Assembly (NCBI GenBank): GCA_964516285.1
Contig: CAZEWP010000001.1
Coordinates: 13,272 to 75,958, forward strand
Direction of reading: 5' to 3'
Source: an uncultured Candidatus Saccharimonas sp.
GTDB lineage: Bacteria; Patescibacteriota; Saccharimonadia; Saccharimonadales; Saccharimonadaceae
Length of the DNA: 62,687 nt
Part shown: positions 10,129-19,100 of the stretch, one piece after another
How the letters are laid out: the number at the start of each line of letters is the position of its first letter
Numbering within the stretch: position 1 is the stretch's first letter
Translations under genes and position numbers: made by a program
The notes under the pieces: generated by a model
What the model saw: the letters and a program-made list of their open reading frames with translations, nothing else
Databases searched by the model: none
What the model was told of the DNA's origin: nothing

Positions 10129-10896
10129 TTAAATCAAAGGTAAGATATAGTAATAAGTCAGTAACCCAGAGCTAATACCTAAAACAATTAACCCTATAAT
10201 CCACAACACCAACCACCAGCCAGATTTTTGGCCACCAACATCCTTGCTAAAAACATTGGTATCATAAATCGGAATAGGTTGAACTTCTTTTGGCTTAGAC
10301 TCTTTATATTGTGGCACAATATTAGGCGCCAAAGTTGAACTTAAATCTTCTGGTTTATCCGTAACACTAATTGGCTTAAAAACAGCTTCTTTTTCTATTT
10401 CCTTGTTGTTTTGTGGAGCAACTAAGTTTTCTCTAGGCGTTTGACTGGTTGGCTCTTGAGGCGCACCAAGTGGCCGTTTCTCTACTCTTGTGTCTGCTAA
10501 AAAGATTGACTCAGTTAAATCCAAACTCGGTTTACTAACTGAGGTTTCTTCTTTAGAACTTTCCCCGCTATTATCGGTCTCAACTTTCTTTTTCAGATTA
10601 GTAATCGTTGGATGAATGACATCCATAAAACGACCCGAACTCCGCCGGCTAGCGGGCGAAAGCTTCGGTTCTTCTTCAGCCAACTTTTCAACCACTAGGC
10701 TACTCGTTTGCTCCACCAAAACTACTGGTTCGGGGGCTGGTGTTACTGGTTCAACAAAAGACTCTTTTGCTTTCACCTTCGGCATAGTTTTCATTTCAAC
10801 TTCATCTATTTTAAGCGACTGAATAACCTTACTTGGTTTTTTAGCCACAAAAGCACTAATTGCCCTATCTAATTCTTCAAAATCAATATCGCCCAT
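10129..10896 (-). CDS. Hypothetical protein with C-terminal TM anchor
   Basis: 255 aa. Low-complexity, Pro/Glu/Ser-rich, with a C-terminal hydrophobic helix WWLVLWIIGLIVLGISSGLL. Confidence 0.55.
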   Translation of the reverse strand: MGDIDFEELDRAISAFVAKKPSKVIQSLKIDEVEMKTMPKVKAKESFVEPVTPAPEPVVLVEQTSSLVVEKLAEEEPKLSPASRRSSGRFMDVIHPTITNLKKKVETDNSGESSKEETSVSKPSLDLTESIFLADTRVEKRPLGAPQEPTSQTPRENLVAPQNNKEIEKEAVFKPISVTDKPEDLSSTLAPNIVPQYKESKPKEVQPIPIYDTNVFSKDVGGQKSGWWLVLWIIGLIVLGISSGLLTYYYILPLI

Positions 10897-10909
10897 CCCT
10901 TTTTCCTCT

Positions 10910-11704
10910 TTAAGATTCTTTCTTTTTATTAATTTTTAAGCTTTGGTAGGCCTTCTCAACAATCTCACTAAAGACCTTTAGATTCACACTGGACGCCCCT
11001 AAGAATAGACCGTCTAATTCTGGAATACATAAGTAAGCGTCAACATTATTGGCATTAATGCTACCACCGTAAAGGACTTTAATGTTTTCCGAAGCAGTTG
11101 GCCCGTAAAGCTCTTTAATCACCCGGCGGATAGACTGAATCGCCACGATCACATCAGTTGGCAAGGCGTTTTGGCCAGTCCCGACTGCCCAAACTGGCTC
11201 ATAAGAAATAATCACTTTATCTAACTCATCACTTGTAATATTAGCTAACCCACTGGTTAGTTGCTCACTTAAAACTTCATTGGTTTCACCATTAGAACGC
11301 TCCCAAGCTGTTTCACCAATACATAAAATTGGTGAAATATTGTTACGCACAGCTGAAGCTACCTTATTACGAATATCTTTATCGTTTTCAGCAAAAACAT
11401 AGCGCCGTTCAGAATGACCGACAAAAGCATATTGGACAATTCCTCTTAGCTGAGTAGCTGAAATTTCACCAGTAAAAGCTCCTTGGTCACGCCAAAAGAA
11501 GTTTTGGGCCGCTAATTTAAACTGCCGTAAATTAACTTGCAAGCTTAACGACTGTAAGCTAAGTAGTGTTGGCGCTAAAATTATTTCTAAATTGCGTCGA
11601 ATTTTAATCTCTTTAGCTAGTTTATCTAAATATAAACTCGATTCTTGCACATTAAAGTGCATTTTCCAGTTCCCGATGATGATTTTCTTTTTATCTTGTG
11701 CCAT
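10910..11704 (-). CDS. tpiA: Triosephosphate isomerase
   Basis: 264 aa. NWKMH, GHSERR and YEPVWAVGTG motifs. Confidence 0.9.
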   Translation of the reverse strand: MAQDKKKIIIGNWKMHFNVQESSLYLDKLAKEIKIRRNLEIILAPTLLSLQSLSLQVNLRQFKLAAQNFFWRDQGAFTGEISATQLRGIVQYAFVGHSERRYVFAENDKDIRNKVASAVRNNISPILCIGETAWERSNGETNEVLSEQLTSGLANITSDELDKVIISYEPVWAVGTGQNALPTDVIVAIQSIRRVIKELYGPTASENIKVLYGGSINANNVDAYLCIPELDGLFLGASSVNLKVFSEIVEKAYQSLKINKKKES

Positions 11705-11773
11705 TATTATCCCACTTATGTTTATAATTCTAGTCTACTCTAATTAGCTTCATTCGTCTAGTAATCTCATTTT

Positions 11774-13186
11774 TTATAATTCAACCACCTTAATCGTATC
11801 GGTGGTCCCCACCACACAAGGTTGACGGCCACTGACTATCACAAAAATAGCTGGCTCCTCACCACATAAACCTTGTTCTTTCATTTCTTTAGCCACATCT
11901 AAACAAGCCTGATCACTATCCGGTCGAATATAGTTACGGCTAGCATACCTTAAACAAAGTTGTTGTGCCACTTTAGTCTCACTCGTCACACTGACAATCG
12001 CTAGATTTGGCCGATTAGCGGAAATAGTCGTAGCTGTCGCCCCGGATTTAGTATCTACCACTAAAGCCGTGGCTTGTAATTTTTCAGCTAATTTAACTGC
12101 CGAATAAGCAATCGCATGACGGATTTTATTACTATCTTCCACACTAAAATCCACCGGCACAACTGGTTCATGGTCTTGGGTATGCAAAATCACCTTTTTC
12201 ATTTCCGCTACCGTTTCGCTAGGATGTTTACCAATCGCTGTCTCCTCTGATAACATTACCACATCTGCCCCTTGAATCACCGCCGTGGCAACATCATTAA
12301 CTTCGGCTCGAGTCGGAGCAATTTCCTCACACATACTTAACATCATCTGCGTCGCCACAATACTAATTCGGCCATATTTTCGGCACAGTTCAATAATCCG
12401 ACGCTGTAAAATCGGCACTGCTTCCGCTCCCACCTCAGCCGATAAATCACCTCGCGCCACCATTAAACCATCACTAACTTTAACAATTTCTTCTAAATTA
12501 GCCTCTTCAACCGCAGTTTTAGTCTCAATTTTAGCAATAATCTTAGCCTTTGACCCCATATCATCAAGTAGTTGTCTCAACCTTTTAACATCTTGAGCCG
12601 TTTGAACGAAACTCAGCGCCACATAATCAATATCATAATTATTAACAAACTTTAAATCTTCTAAATCTTTAGTGGTTAAAATATCACCTGCAAAGTCCGT
12701 ATCTGGTAAATTAATCCCTTTATTTTTCGCTAAAATTCCAGCATTTTCAATCCGCACTCTAATTGAGGTGTCACTCACCCGTTCCACCATCTCACCTCTG
12801 ATAGCCCCATCACAAAAGAATAATTTTTCACCAACCTGAACCTTATCAGCTAAATTATACTGAACTGGTAAAGCTAAACCATGATGTTCAGAACCATAAC
12901 CTAAAATAATTTCATCATCTTTTTGAACTGGCACATTATGGTTCAAATTCCCTAAACGGACCTTAGGCCCCTGTAAATCTTGTAAAATAGCCACTGGTTT
13001 ATTGAGCTTATTAGAGGCTTGACGAATCCAAGTTGTAAACTCCCTCACTTGAACTTCGTCAGCGTGGCTACAATTAATTCGAATTCCATTAACACCGGCT
13101 AGTATTAACTTTTCCACGCCCTCATAAGAGCCGGTGGCTGGACCAATTGTGGCTAAAATTTTGGTTCGTTTAAAGATCACACCCAT
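11774..13186 (-). CDS. pyk: Pyruvate kinase
   Basis: 470 aa. TKILATIGP, the MVARGDL catalytic motif, and the length and layout of bacterial PK. Confidence 0.9.
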   Translation of the reverse strand: MGVIFKRTKILATIGPATGSYEGVEKLILAGVNGIRINCSHADEVQVREFTTWIRQASNKLNKPVAILQDLQGPKVRLGNLNHNVPVQKDDEIILGYGSEHHGLALPVQYNLADKVQVGEKLFFCDGAIRGEMVERVSDTSIRVRIENAGILAKNKGINLPDTDFAGDILTTKDLEDLKFVNNYDIDYVALSFVQTAQDVKRLRQLLDDMGSKAKIIAKIETKTAVEEANLEEIVKVSDGLMVARGDLSAEVGAEAVPILQRRIIELCRKYGRISIVATQMMLSMCEEIAPTRAEVNDVATAVIQGADVVMLSEETAIGKHPSETVAEMKKVILHTQDHEPVVPVDFSVEDSNKIRHAIAYSAVKLAEKLQATALVVDTKSGATATTISANRPNLAIVSVTSETKVAQQLCLRYASRNYIRPDSDQACLDVAKEMKEQGLCGEEPAIFVIVSGRQPCVVGTTDTIKVVEL

Positions 13187-13239
13187 ATAGTTTTTATTAT
13201 ACCATAAGCAAAATACCCACCTATCAGGCGAGTATTACT

Positions 13240-13314
13240 TGGTGATCTCACCGGGAATCGAACCCGGATTGTCAGGATGAGAACCTGATGTCCTAACCGT
13301 TAGACGATGAGACC
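13240..13314 (-). tRNA. tRNA-Glu: tRNA-Glu (anticodon CUC), CCA encoded
   Basis: Folded by hand. Acceptor GGTCTCA/TGAGATC, anticodon arm TCAGG-TTCTCAT-CCTGA, T arm CCGGG-TTCGATT-CCCGG. Confidence 0.85.
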
Positions 13315-13408
13315 AACTAATTAAACTATAACAAATAAGCGCCTTTTTGTAAAAACAGCCCCTTGTAACTTAGTGCTTGTGTTTATTGATTGTCTATGGT
13401 TTAAAATA

Positions 13409-13437
13409 TTGACATTTTTATCTGTTTATGTTAAACT
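13409..13437 (+). promoter_or_regulatory. Sigma70-like promoter TTGACA-17 nt-TAAACT
   Basis: Read directly. It lies outside the left inverted repeat, about 190 nt upstream of the 13627 start codon, which implies a long leader. Confidence 0.5.
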
Positions 13438-13488
13438 TAAGCCATCAATCACTACTGGTGTGAGGCTGGAGTGAGCGAGGAACGTTAA

Positions 13489-13516
13489 CAAGTCAGATTA
13501 TTATAGTGCATGTCTG
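13489..13516. repeat. Left arm of a 28/30-bp inverted repeat bracketing the high-GC cassette
   Basis: caagtcagattattatagtgcatgtctg. Its reverse complement equals 14774-14803 except for a 2-nt (at) indel. Confidence 0.9.
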
Positions 13517-13626
13517 TTCGCGCCTAGGAACAGCGAATTATGGCTATACTCTCATTTATAGCTATAGTCCGCTGTTCCTGGAGTGTCCCACAGACAGCGA
13601 GAATTGGATGAAAGGAGGTGCGCTCA

Positions 13627-14730
13627 ATGCGCATCTCAGAAAAAAAATTGACTGGCAGAAGCCAGTCGATTATGGCCCTCGTGGCCAAAAAAAGACGCCA
13701 GATGGCGTCTTTGATCATGGCCCTAGTGGTCGTGGTCGGAATCGGTGGCGGGATTGCTTTATTCAGAAAGACCCCAACCACTACAGCCACCACAACCCAG
13801 CCAAGCCCTGCGACAGAGACCGTCACTCCGGATCCCAAGTTCCAAACGGTCCAGCATTTTGTGGCCGGCGCTAAAAACGCTGGCTGGTCACAAGACCAGT
13901 TGGCCGTAGAGTTTGTCAACAGCAATGCTGACAACTCCACGCCCGGAAACCAGGCGTTCTTGTCTAGTGGTGCTAAAACCACAACAGAACTTCTGGCGTG
14001 GCTCACTGGTAGTAGTCGAAGCGCCGAAGGCACTCGGTTATTAATAACCGAGTACACCGGCGCATCCGCCGGCGAGGTCCAAAACCCAGATTACTGGGTC
14101 GTGGCCCAAGCTAAGGCGGACTTCCGTTACACAGAGATGACTCTCTGGCGCAACGGAGCAATCCACACCCAAGCCGGCAAGGCCGGCAATGTTGGAGATA
14201 TCTTTTTTGCTTTCGTTCCTCCGCGGAATGAGAGCAAAATTGTGTATGTGCGAGGTGGATGTGCAAACCCCACCTTGAACGTTCCGACCCCCAACCAACC
14301 GACGCCGACCACGAGGCCGGCAACGACTCAGCCCCCAGTGGATGAGCCAGAGCCGACAACCCGTCCGTCCAAGCCCGGTGAGACGACCACCAGGCCGTCA
14401 ACCACCAAGCCAGAGCCGACCACAAGGCCAGCCACCACCCCGAAAGCCAAGGACCCCTCAAAAGATATCCTGGCCAATCCGAAGGTGGCGGATTGGAAGA
14501 AAAACGGCGGGGAGTTACTCCAAATCCTTTGGGATCTGGACGCTCCCAATGGCTATCAGCCAGCGCCTCGCGAAGAGGCAAAAGCGAAAGCCGACGCCAT
14601 CAATAGAGCCAACAAGGGGCTCGAGGAACAGCACAGTAGTGCCGTAGCCTCGGCCCCAGTCGTCGACGACAACCAGGGACACGTTGCCGTCACTAAGCCG
14701 AGCGACCCAAATTGGTCGCCCTTCGGCTAA
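13627..14730 (+). CDS. Membrane-anchored secreted protein with Pro/Thr-rich repeat linker (high-GC, probably horizontally acquired)
   Basis: The ATG at 13627 is preceded by AAAGGAGG with an 8-nt spacer; the track starts at GTG 13618. The protein has an N-terminal TM helix (LIMALVVVVGIGGGIALF), an unknown globular domain and EPTTRP-type repeats. The segment is ~60% GC, which produces spurious ORFs in all frames. Confidence 0.75.
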   Translation: MRISEKKLTGRSQSIMALVAKKRRQMASLIMALVVVVGIGGGIALFRKTPTTTATTTQPSPATETVTPDPKFQTVQHFVAGAKNAGWSQDQLAVEFVNSNADNSTPGNQAFLSSGAKTTTELLAWLTGSSRSAEGTRLLITEYTGASAGEVQNPDYWVVAQAKADFRYTEMTLWRNGAIHTQAGKAGNVGDIFFAFVPPRNESKIVYVRGGCANPTLNVPTPNQPTPTTRPATTQPPVDEPEPTTRPSKPGETTTRPSTTKPEPTTRPATTPKAKDPSKDILANPKVADWKKNGGELLQILWDLDAPNGYQPAPREEAKAKADAINRANKGLEEQHSSAVASAPVVDDNQGHVAVTKPSDPNWSPFG

Positions 14731-14739
14731 CCACGCAAG

Positions 14740-14767
14740 GGGGGTGACTGCATCAGCAGTCACCCCC
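14740..14767 (+). terminator. 12-bp perfect GC-rich hairpin (gggggtgactgc-atca-gcagtcaccccc) without a U-tract
   Basis: Read directly, 10 nt after the stop codon. Confidence 0.6.
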
Positions 14768-14773
14768 ACACCC

Positions 14774-14803
14774 CAGACATGCACATTATAATAATCTGAC
14801 TTG
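14774..14803. repeat. Right arm of the inverted repeat bracketing the high-GC cassette
   Basis: cagacatgcacattataataatctgacttg, the reverse-complement partner of 13489-13516. Confidence 0.9.
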
Positions 14804-14871
14804 AAAACAACCTTAACAATTCGTTTAACAAACCGTATCTTTTTAATAATTTAAAAAAGGAGGATTTAAAA

Positions 14872-16113
14872 ATGAGTTTATTTTCATATTTTAAAAACAG
14901 CCCTAAACGAATTCTTGGTTTCGTAGTTATGCTTTTAGCTAGCATTGCCCTACCAACCACGATTCTAGCTTGGGGACCAATCAGACCAACCTACACCATT
15001 GAAAAGCCAGCTCCCCATGTTACTTTTAACTCTATCACTAATAACCCAAATTATGGTGATGAGCGAAACTTTGTAACTATCAAGGACGCTAGCAATCAAA
15101 ACGCTGGTGGCTGGGTTGACCAAATTACTGTTCAAGACGGCAAAGAATATTATGTTCGCATGTATGTTCACAACAATGCCGCCGAAAATCTAAACCTAGT
15201 AGCCAACAATGTAACTGCTAAGTTTAATGTTCCAACCTATAATGCGAAAAAAGTTCAAATTGATGGTTATCTATCCGCTGACAATGCCCAACCCAAAGAG
15301 ATTTGGGATCAAGCAGTTTTCGTCAGCGATCAAACCTTTAATTTAAGCTATGTAGCTGGTTCTACTACCTACACCAACAATATCTTCACTGACGGCACCG
15401 CCTTAACAGATGAGGTTATCGGTAACGGTGTCAAACTAGGTTACGAAAAACTTGACGGTAAAATCCCTGGTTGTTTCCAATTTAGCGGTCTAGTTATCTT
15501 TAAGGTTAAAGCCACCACTACTGACTTTAGTCTACAAAAAACTGTCCGCCTAACTGATTCAACCGATCGAGTTTTTAAAGAAAGCGTTAAAGCTAAACCA
15601 GGCGATAAGGTAGACTTCCAAATCTACTTTAAAAACACCGGTGGTACTCAACTTAAAAATGTTGTTATTAAAGACAAACTACCAGCTGGTTTAGAATATG
15701 TCGCTGGTTCATCTAAGTTATTCAACTCTGATGGACTTAAAGACATAGTAGATGGAATCACCACAACCGGTGTTAACATCGGTGGCTATATGCCAAATGG
15801 TGATGCCTATCTAATGTTTACCGCTAAAGTTGTTGCTAACGACAAACTCCCAGTTTGTGGGTTGAATAAACTTACTAACAAAGCCGAAGCTGTCACTAGT
15901 AACGGCACCAAAGAAGATACGGCCGAGGTCTTAGTCGATCGCTATTGTGAACCCGACAAAGAACCTGAACCACCAGTTGAACCTGAACCACCAGTAATTC
16001 CAGAAGAATTACCTGTCACTGGTCCAAGTGATATTGTTTCAGCCTTCTTAGGCCTTGGGTCTCTTGTTACTAGCGCTGGTTATTACCTTAATAGCCGACG
16101 CAACAAGCGTTAA
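14872..16113 (+). CDS. LPXTG-anchored surface protein with DUF11-like repeat domain
   Basis: 413 aa. RBS AAGGAGG, a signal peptide, the KPGDKVDFQIYFKNTGGTQLKNVVIKDKLPAGLEYV DUF11-like segment and an EPEPPV tandem repeat. The C-terminus has LPVTG, a hydrophobic helix and an RRNKR tail. Confidence 0.85.
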   Translation: MSLFSYFKNSPKRILGFVVMLLASIALPTTILAWGPIRPTYTIEKPAPHVTFNSITNNPNYGDERNFVTIKDASNQNAGGWVDQITVQDGKEYYVRMYVHNNAAENLNLVANNVTAKFNVPTYNAKKVQIDGYLSADNAQPKEIWDQAVFVSDQTFNLSYVAGSTTYTNNIFTDGTALTDEVIGNGVKLGYEKLDGKIPGCFQFSGLVIFKVKATTTDFSLQKTVRLTDSTDRVFKESVKAKPGDKVDFQIYFKNTGGTQLKNVVIKDKLPAGLEYVAGSSKLFNSDGLKDIVDGITTTGVNIGGYMPNGDAYLMFTAKVVANDKLPVCGLNKLTNKAEAVTSNGTKEDTAEVLVDRYCEPDKEPEPPVEPEPPVIPEELPVTGPSDIVSAFLGLGSLVTSAGYYLNSRRNKR

Positions 16114-16165
16114 ACGAGTCTGACCGCTCCTCACAACTTAACAGTTTGAAGCGATTCAGACAGCG

Positions 16166-16198
16166 AAACACCCCGCATCTTAGCGGGGTGTTTTGTTT
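16166..16198 (+). terminator. Rho-independent terminator (aaacaccccgc-atctta-gcggggtgttt plus T-run) between convergent genes
   Basis: Read directly. Confidence 0.8.
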
Positions 16199-16212
16199 GC
16201 TAACTATCTAGC

Positions 16213-18363
16213 TTATTTAACTGGCAACATAAAACCAAAGGTGCTACCCTTGCCCTCGATTGTTTCAAAAATAATCTTACCATCATGAGCATAAATAACC
16301 TTTTTAGCTAAATACAGCCCCACCCCTGAGCCACTCGGCCGTTGTTTTTTAGCGTTACTAGCCCTGTAAAACTTAGTAAACAACTCTTTTTGCTCAACTT
16401 TTGGCACACCAATTCCGCTATCTTGAACCGTAAAAGACACCCATTCACTATCACAGGCTAAACCAATTTTTATCTCACTCTTAGGGTGGGAATAAAAAAT
16501 AGCATTATCTATAAAGTTCATCACCACCTGACGAATCTTATTTTCATCAAGCTCTAACGGCGGCACCTCATCATGACAAGCACAGCTTAATTTAATCTCC
16601 TTTTTTTGAGCCACCATCAACAAACCATCAACCTCAGTCTTAACTAGCTCCATTAAATTAACCGTAGTTCGATCAACCACAAACTTACCTGTTTGCAACC
16701 TAGAAACATCAAGAAAATCATTAACCAACCGCACCATCTTATCGCTACTGATATAGGCATCAGCTAAAATCTTTTTCTGCTGACTACTTATCTTACCAGC
16801 ATCACCATCCGCTAACATACTAATATACCCCTTAATACTAGTTAACGGTGTTCTTAGTTGATGTGAAGCCATACTAATAAAATCGTCCTTAGCTTTATCT
16901 AGCTTTCTTAACATTGCGTTCTTAACCCTTAATTCTTTAATAGCCTCATCTATGCGCTGACGTAAAGTAATATTAAAATCTTGAATTTCTTCAACAGCTA
17001 AAGCATTCTGAATTGCAATTATTAAAGCGTTAGCAATGACGTTTAAAACCTCTAAATCACGGCTAACATAGTTCGACGACATCTTTTCACCAAGACACAA
17101 AAAGCCAATTAAACTACCTTTGCTAGTTAGTGGTAAGACTACTCCAATTTTATTTGTTAATAAAATTTGTTTAATTTCGTCTGTTTCTTCTAATGCTATT
17201 GTTGCTATAGCCCCAGCTTGCTTAGAAAAATAACCACTAATCTTCTCAATGTCTGAATCTACTAATTTCCTATAATTATCTGATCCCACTAATACATATT
17301 CTTTGTTTGGCAAATAAACAACGAAAAAAGCTTGCTCTGCTTTTAGGGTTACTGTTACTTCTTTAACTACTTTTTTTAAGAGCTCCCTCAAATCAGTTGT
17401 CACAGCTAAAGCCTGATTAATCCGAGCAAAAAACTCTTCTGTATTATAGTTGTCTCTATAAAATATTTTATTAGTTACTTTATCAAAAAAGCGCTTTAAT
17501 GGTTGGAATAATAAAACTAAAACCAAGCTAACTATAACATTAGCTATTAACTCTGCTGGGGTTGAACTACCCAGTTTTAAAAAACTAGATAAAACAGCCA
17601 TAGAGCCAATATAGATTCCAGCCATAGTGGCAAGCGATAATGAATAAGTAGCGCTTCGCACAATCGCCATCCGCACATCAAACAAACCACCCTTAAGGAT
17701 ACCGTAAGAAGTTACCCCAACAAAAATTATAGAAAAAAATGGCGTAATAGTATCTACTATCTTAGCCATATTTCCCTTAAACATAGGAGCGATAAAAATC
17801 ATTATCGCTATAGAAGCTGCTGTTAACCCAAAACCAAATAATATATAAGAAATATTGTTTTTATTAGTTTTATTTTTTTTCTTGTAATATAAAAACTTAA
17901 TTATTAATGTAAGGATACCTAAAAAAGCTAATAAATATATAGACCCAAAATACAACCAAGCAATTTCCCCGTGCACCGGTATGGCTGTACCCATAACAAC
18001 ATCAACATTTTTTACTATTTTATCTGTAAAAAATATAACGGGAAAAAGACTTATAATAAAACAGGCTATAAGTAAACAAAATGGTACCAATATTTTTCTA
18101 AATAAAAAGACTGGATAAGTTAAAATAAAAACAAAAAATAAAAACATACCTCCAACCCCAAAAATATCAGTTATTTTGACAGCTGTTAATGGCTGTAACA
18201 CATAATTCGATAAAGCAAATGACACCACCCATCCTGATAAGAAAAAAACTAATATAAAAAAAATTTTATTGTAAAGTTTGCGATGGTTACTTAACAAAAC
18301 AATAATTGACATAAACAACATAACTATCGCCAAAAGTATACTCATGATTACTATAACATTCAT
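16213..18363 (-). CDS. Sensor histidine kinase: about 9 TM helices (HisKA_7TM-like), GAF-like domain, HisKA, HATPase_c
   Basis: 716 aa. H-box SHQLRTPLTSIKGY and G-boxes DSGIGV / GSGVGL. The N-terminal half is polytopic. It overlaps the upstream methyltransferase gene by 4 nt. Confidence 0.85.
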   Translation of the reverse strand: MNVIVIMSILLAIVMLFMSIIVLLSNHRKLYNKIFFILVFFLSGWVVSFALSNYVLQPLTAVKITDIFGVGGMFLFFVFILTYPVFLFRKILVPFCLLIACFIISLFPVIFFTDKIVKNVDVVMGTAIPVHGEIAWLYFGSIYLLAFLGILTLIIKFLYYKKKNKTNKNNISYILFGFGLTAASIAIMIFIAPMFKGNMAKIVDTITPFFSIIFVGVTSYGILKGGLFDVRMAIVRSATYSLSLATMAGIYIGSMAVLSSFLKLGSSTPAELIANVIVSLVLVLLFQPLKRFFDKVTNKIFYRDNYNTEEFFARINQALAVTTDLRELLKKVVKEVTVTLKAEQAFFVVYLPNKEYVLVGSDNYRKLVDSDIEKISGYFSKQAGAIATIALEETDEIKQILLTNKIGVVLPLTSKGSLIGFLCLGEKMSSNYVSRDLEVLNVIANALIIAIQNALAVEEIQDFNITLRQRIDEAIKELRVKNAMLRKLDKAKDDFISMASHQLRTPLTSIKGYISMLADGDAGKISSQQKKILADAYISSDKMVRLVNDFLDVSRLQTGKFVVDRTTVNLMELVKTEVDGLLMVAQKKEIKLSCACHDEVPPLELDENKIRQVVMNFIDNAIFYSHPKSEIKIGLACDSEWVSFTVQDSGIGVPKVEQKELFTKFYRASNAKKQRPSGSGVGLYLAKKVIYAHDGKIIFETIEGKGSTFGFMLPVK

Positions 18364-19094
18364 CTGATATGCTCCATAATAAACAGTCGGTTTTGATTAG
18401 CTTGTATATCCTCCATATGTATAATCCTTAATTTAGACAACTTTGCAATTTTCTTTATTTCTATAAGACTATCATACTGTATTATCCCTCTTTTCGACAT
18501 TATATAGATTTTAAATTGACCCCAAAGCATATTAAAATATTTGGGAAGTCTTTTAAACATCTTGAGTATTACACAAATTTTTTGCATTAAGTTTAAACCA
18601 GACAAATGAGCATTAATAAATTTCACACTATTTGTTTCTTTATTTGGCTTAGGGTTTACTAGTATAATTTTAGCTTTTTGATCAGATAATAATCTGCGCA
18701 CAGAAATTAAAAACTTTTTTTTGTCATTAATAAAAAACAATACATTAACAATAATTATTACATCAAATTTTTTATTTATATTTAGATTATTTAAATCCAT
18801 TTTTATAAAATTAACCCTATCTCCATGAACAGATGAAGCTATTTTTAACATCTCAGAAGATGCATCAACAGCATAAATTCCACCTAAAAAATTATTCTTT
18901 AGAATTTCAGCCTCCAACAACCCACTACCACAGCCCAAATCAAGAATATTTCTAGGATTATAACTCAATGCCATTTTAGCAATTTTTGTATATTTTTCTC
19001 TATGTGATCTTGAATCTGAAGACACAAAATGAAAAGACCTTGCCATTTTATCCCAAACTGTTTTCTTTATTATTTCTTTATTTCTTTTTCTCAT
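18360..19094 (-). CDS. Class I SAM-dependent methyltransferase
   Basis: 244 aa. Motif I ILDLGCGSGLL. Confidence 0.75.
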   Translation of the reverse strand: MRKRNKEIIKKTVWDKMARSFHFVSSDSRSHREKYTKIAKMALSYNPRNILDLGCGSGLLEAEILKNNFLGGIYAVDASSEMLKIASSVHGDRVNFIKMDLNNLNINKKFDVIIIVNVLFFINDKKKFLISVRRLLSDQKAKIILVNPKPNKETNSVKFINAHLSGLNLMQKICVILKMFKRLPKYFNMLWGQFKIYIMSKRGIIQYDSLIEIKKIAKLSKLRIIHMEDIQANQNRLFIMEHIR

Positions 19095-19100
19095 AAAAAC

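Noticed and set aside
3521-12596. Assorted 61-108-aa antisense or alternate-frame ORFs inside tatD, metG, pcrA, the 10129-10896 gene and pyk (3521-3706, 3862-4065, 4486-4707, 8376-8654, 8749-8934, 10616-10822, 12285-12596)
   Set aside because: Each is nested in a well-supported gene. None has an RBS, and the compositions are low-complexity.
14774-14803. TATAAT-like hexamers inside both inverted-repeat arms as outward or inward promoters
   Set aside because: They are plausible, but no matching -35 boxes were evident. I cannot separate them from the AT-rich repeat sequence itself.
13506-14960. Ten overlapping ORFs of 61-177 aa on both strands (e.g. 13524-14057, 14111-14581, 14342-14647, 14515-14784)
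   Set aside because: Stop-codon scarcity in ~60% GC DNA creates long spurious frames. Only the 13627-14730 frame has an RBS, a TM helix and coherent repeat structure.
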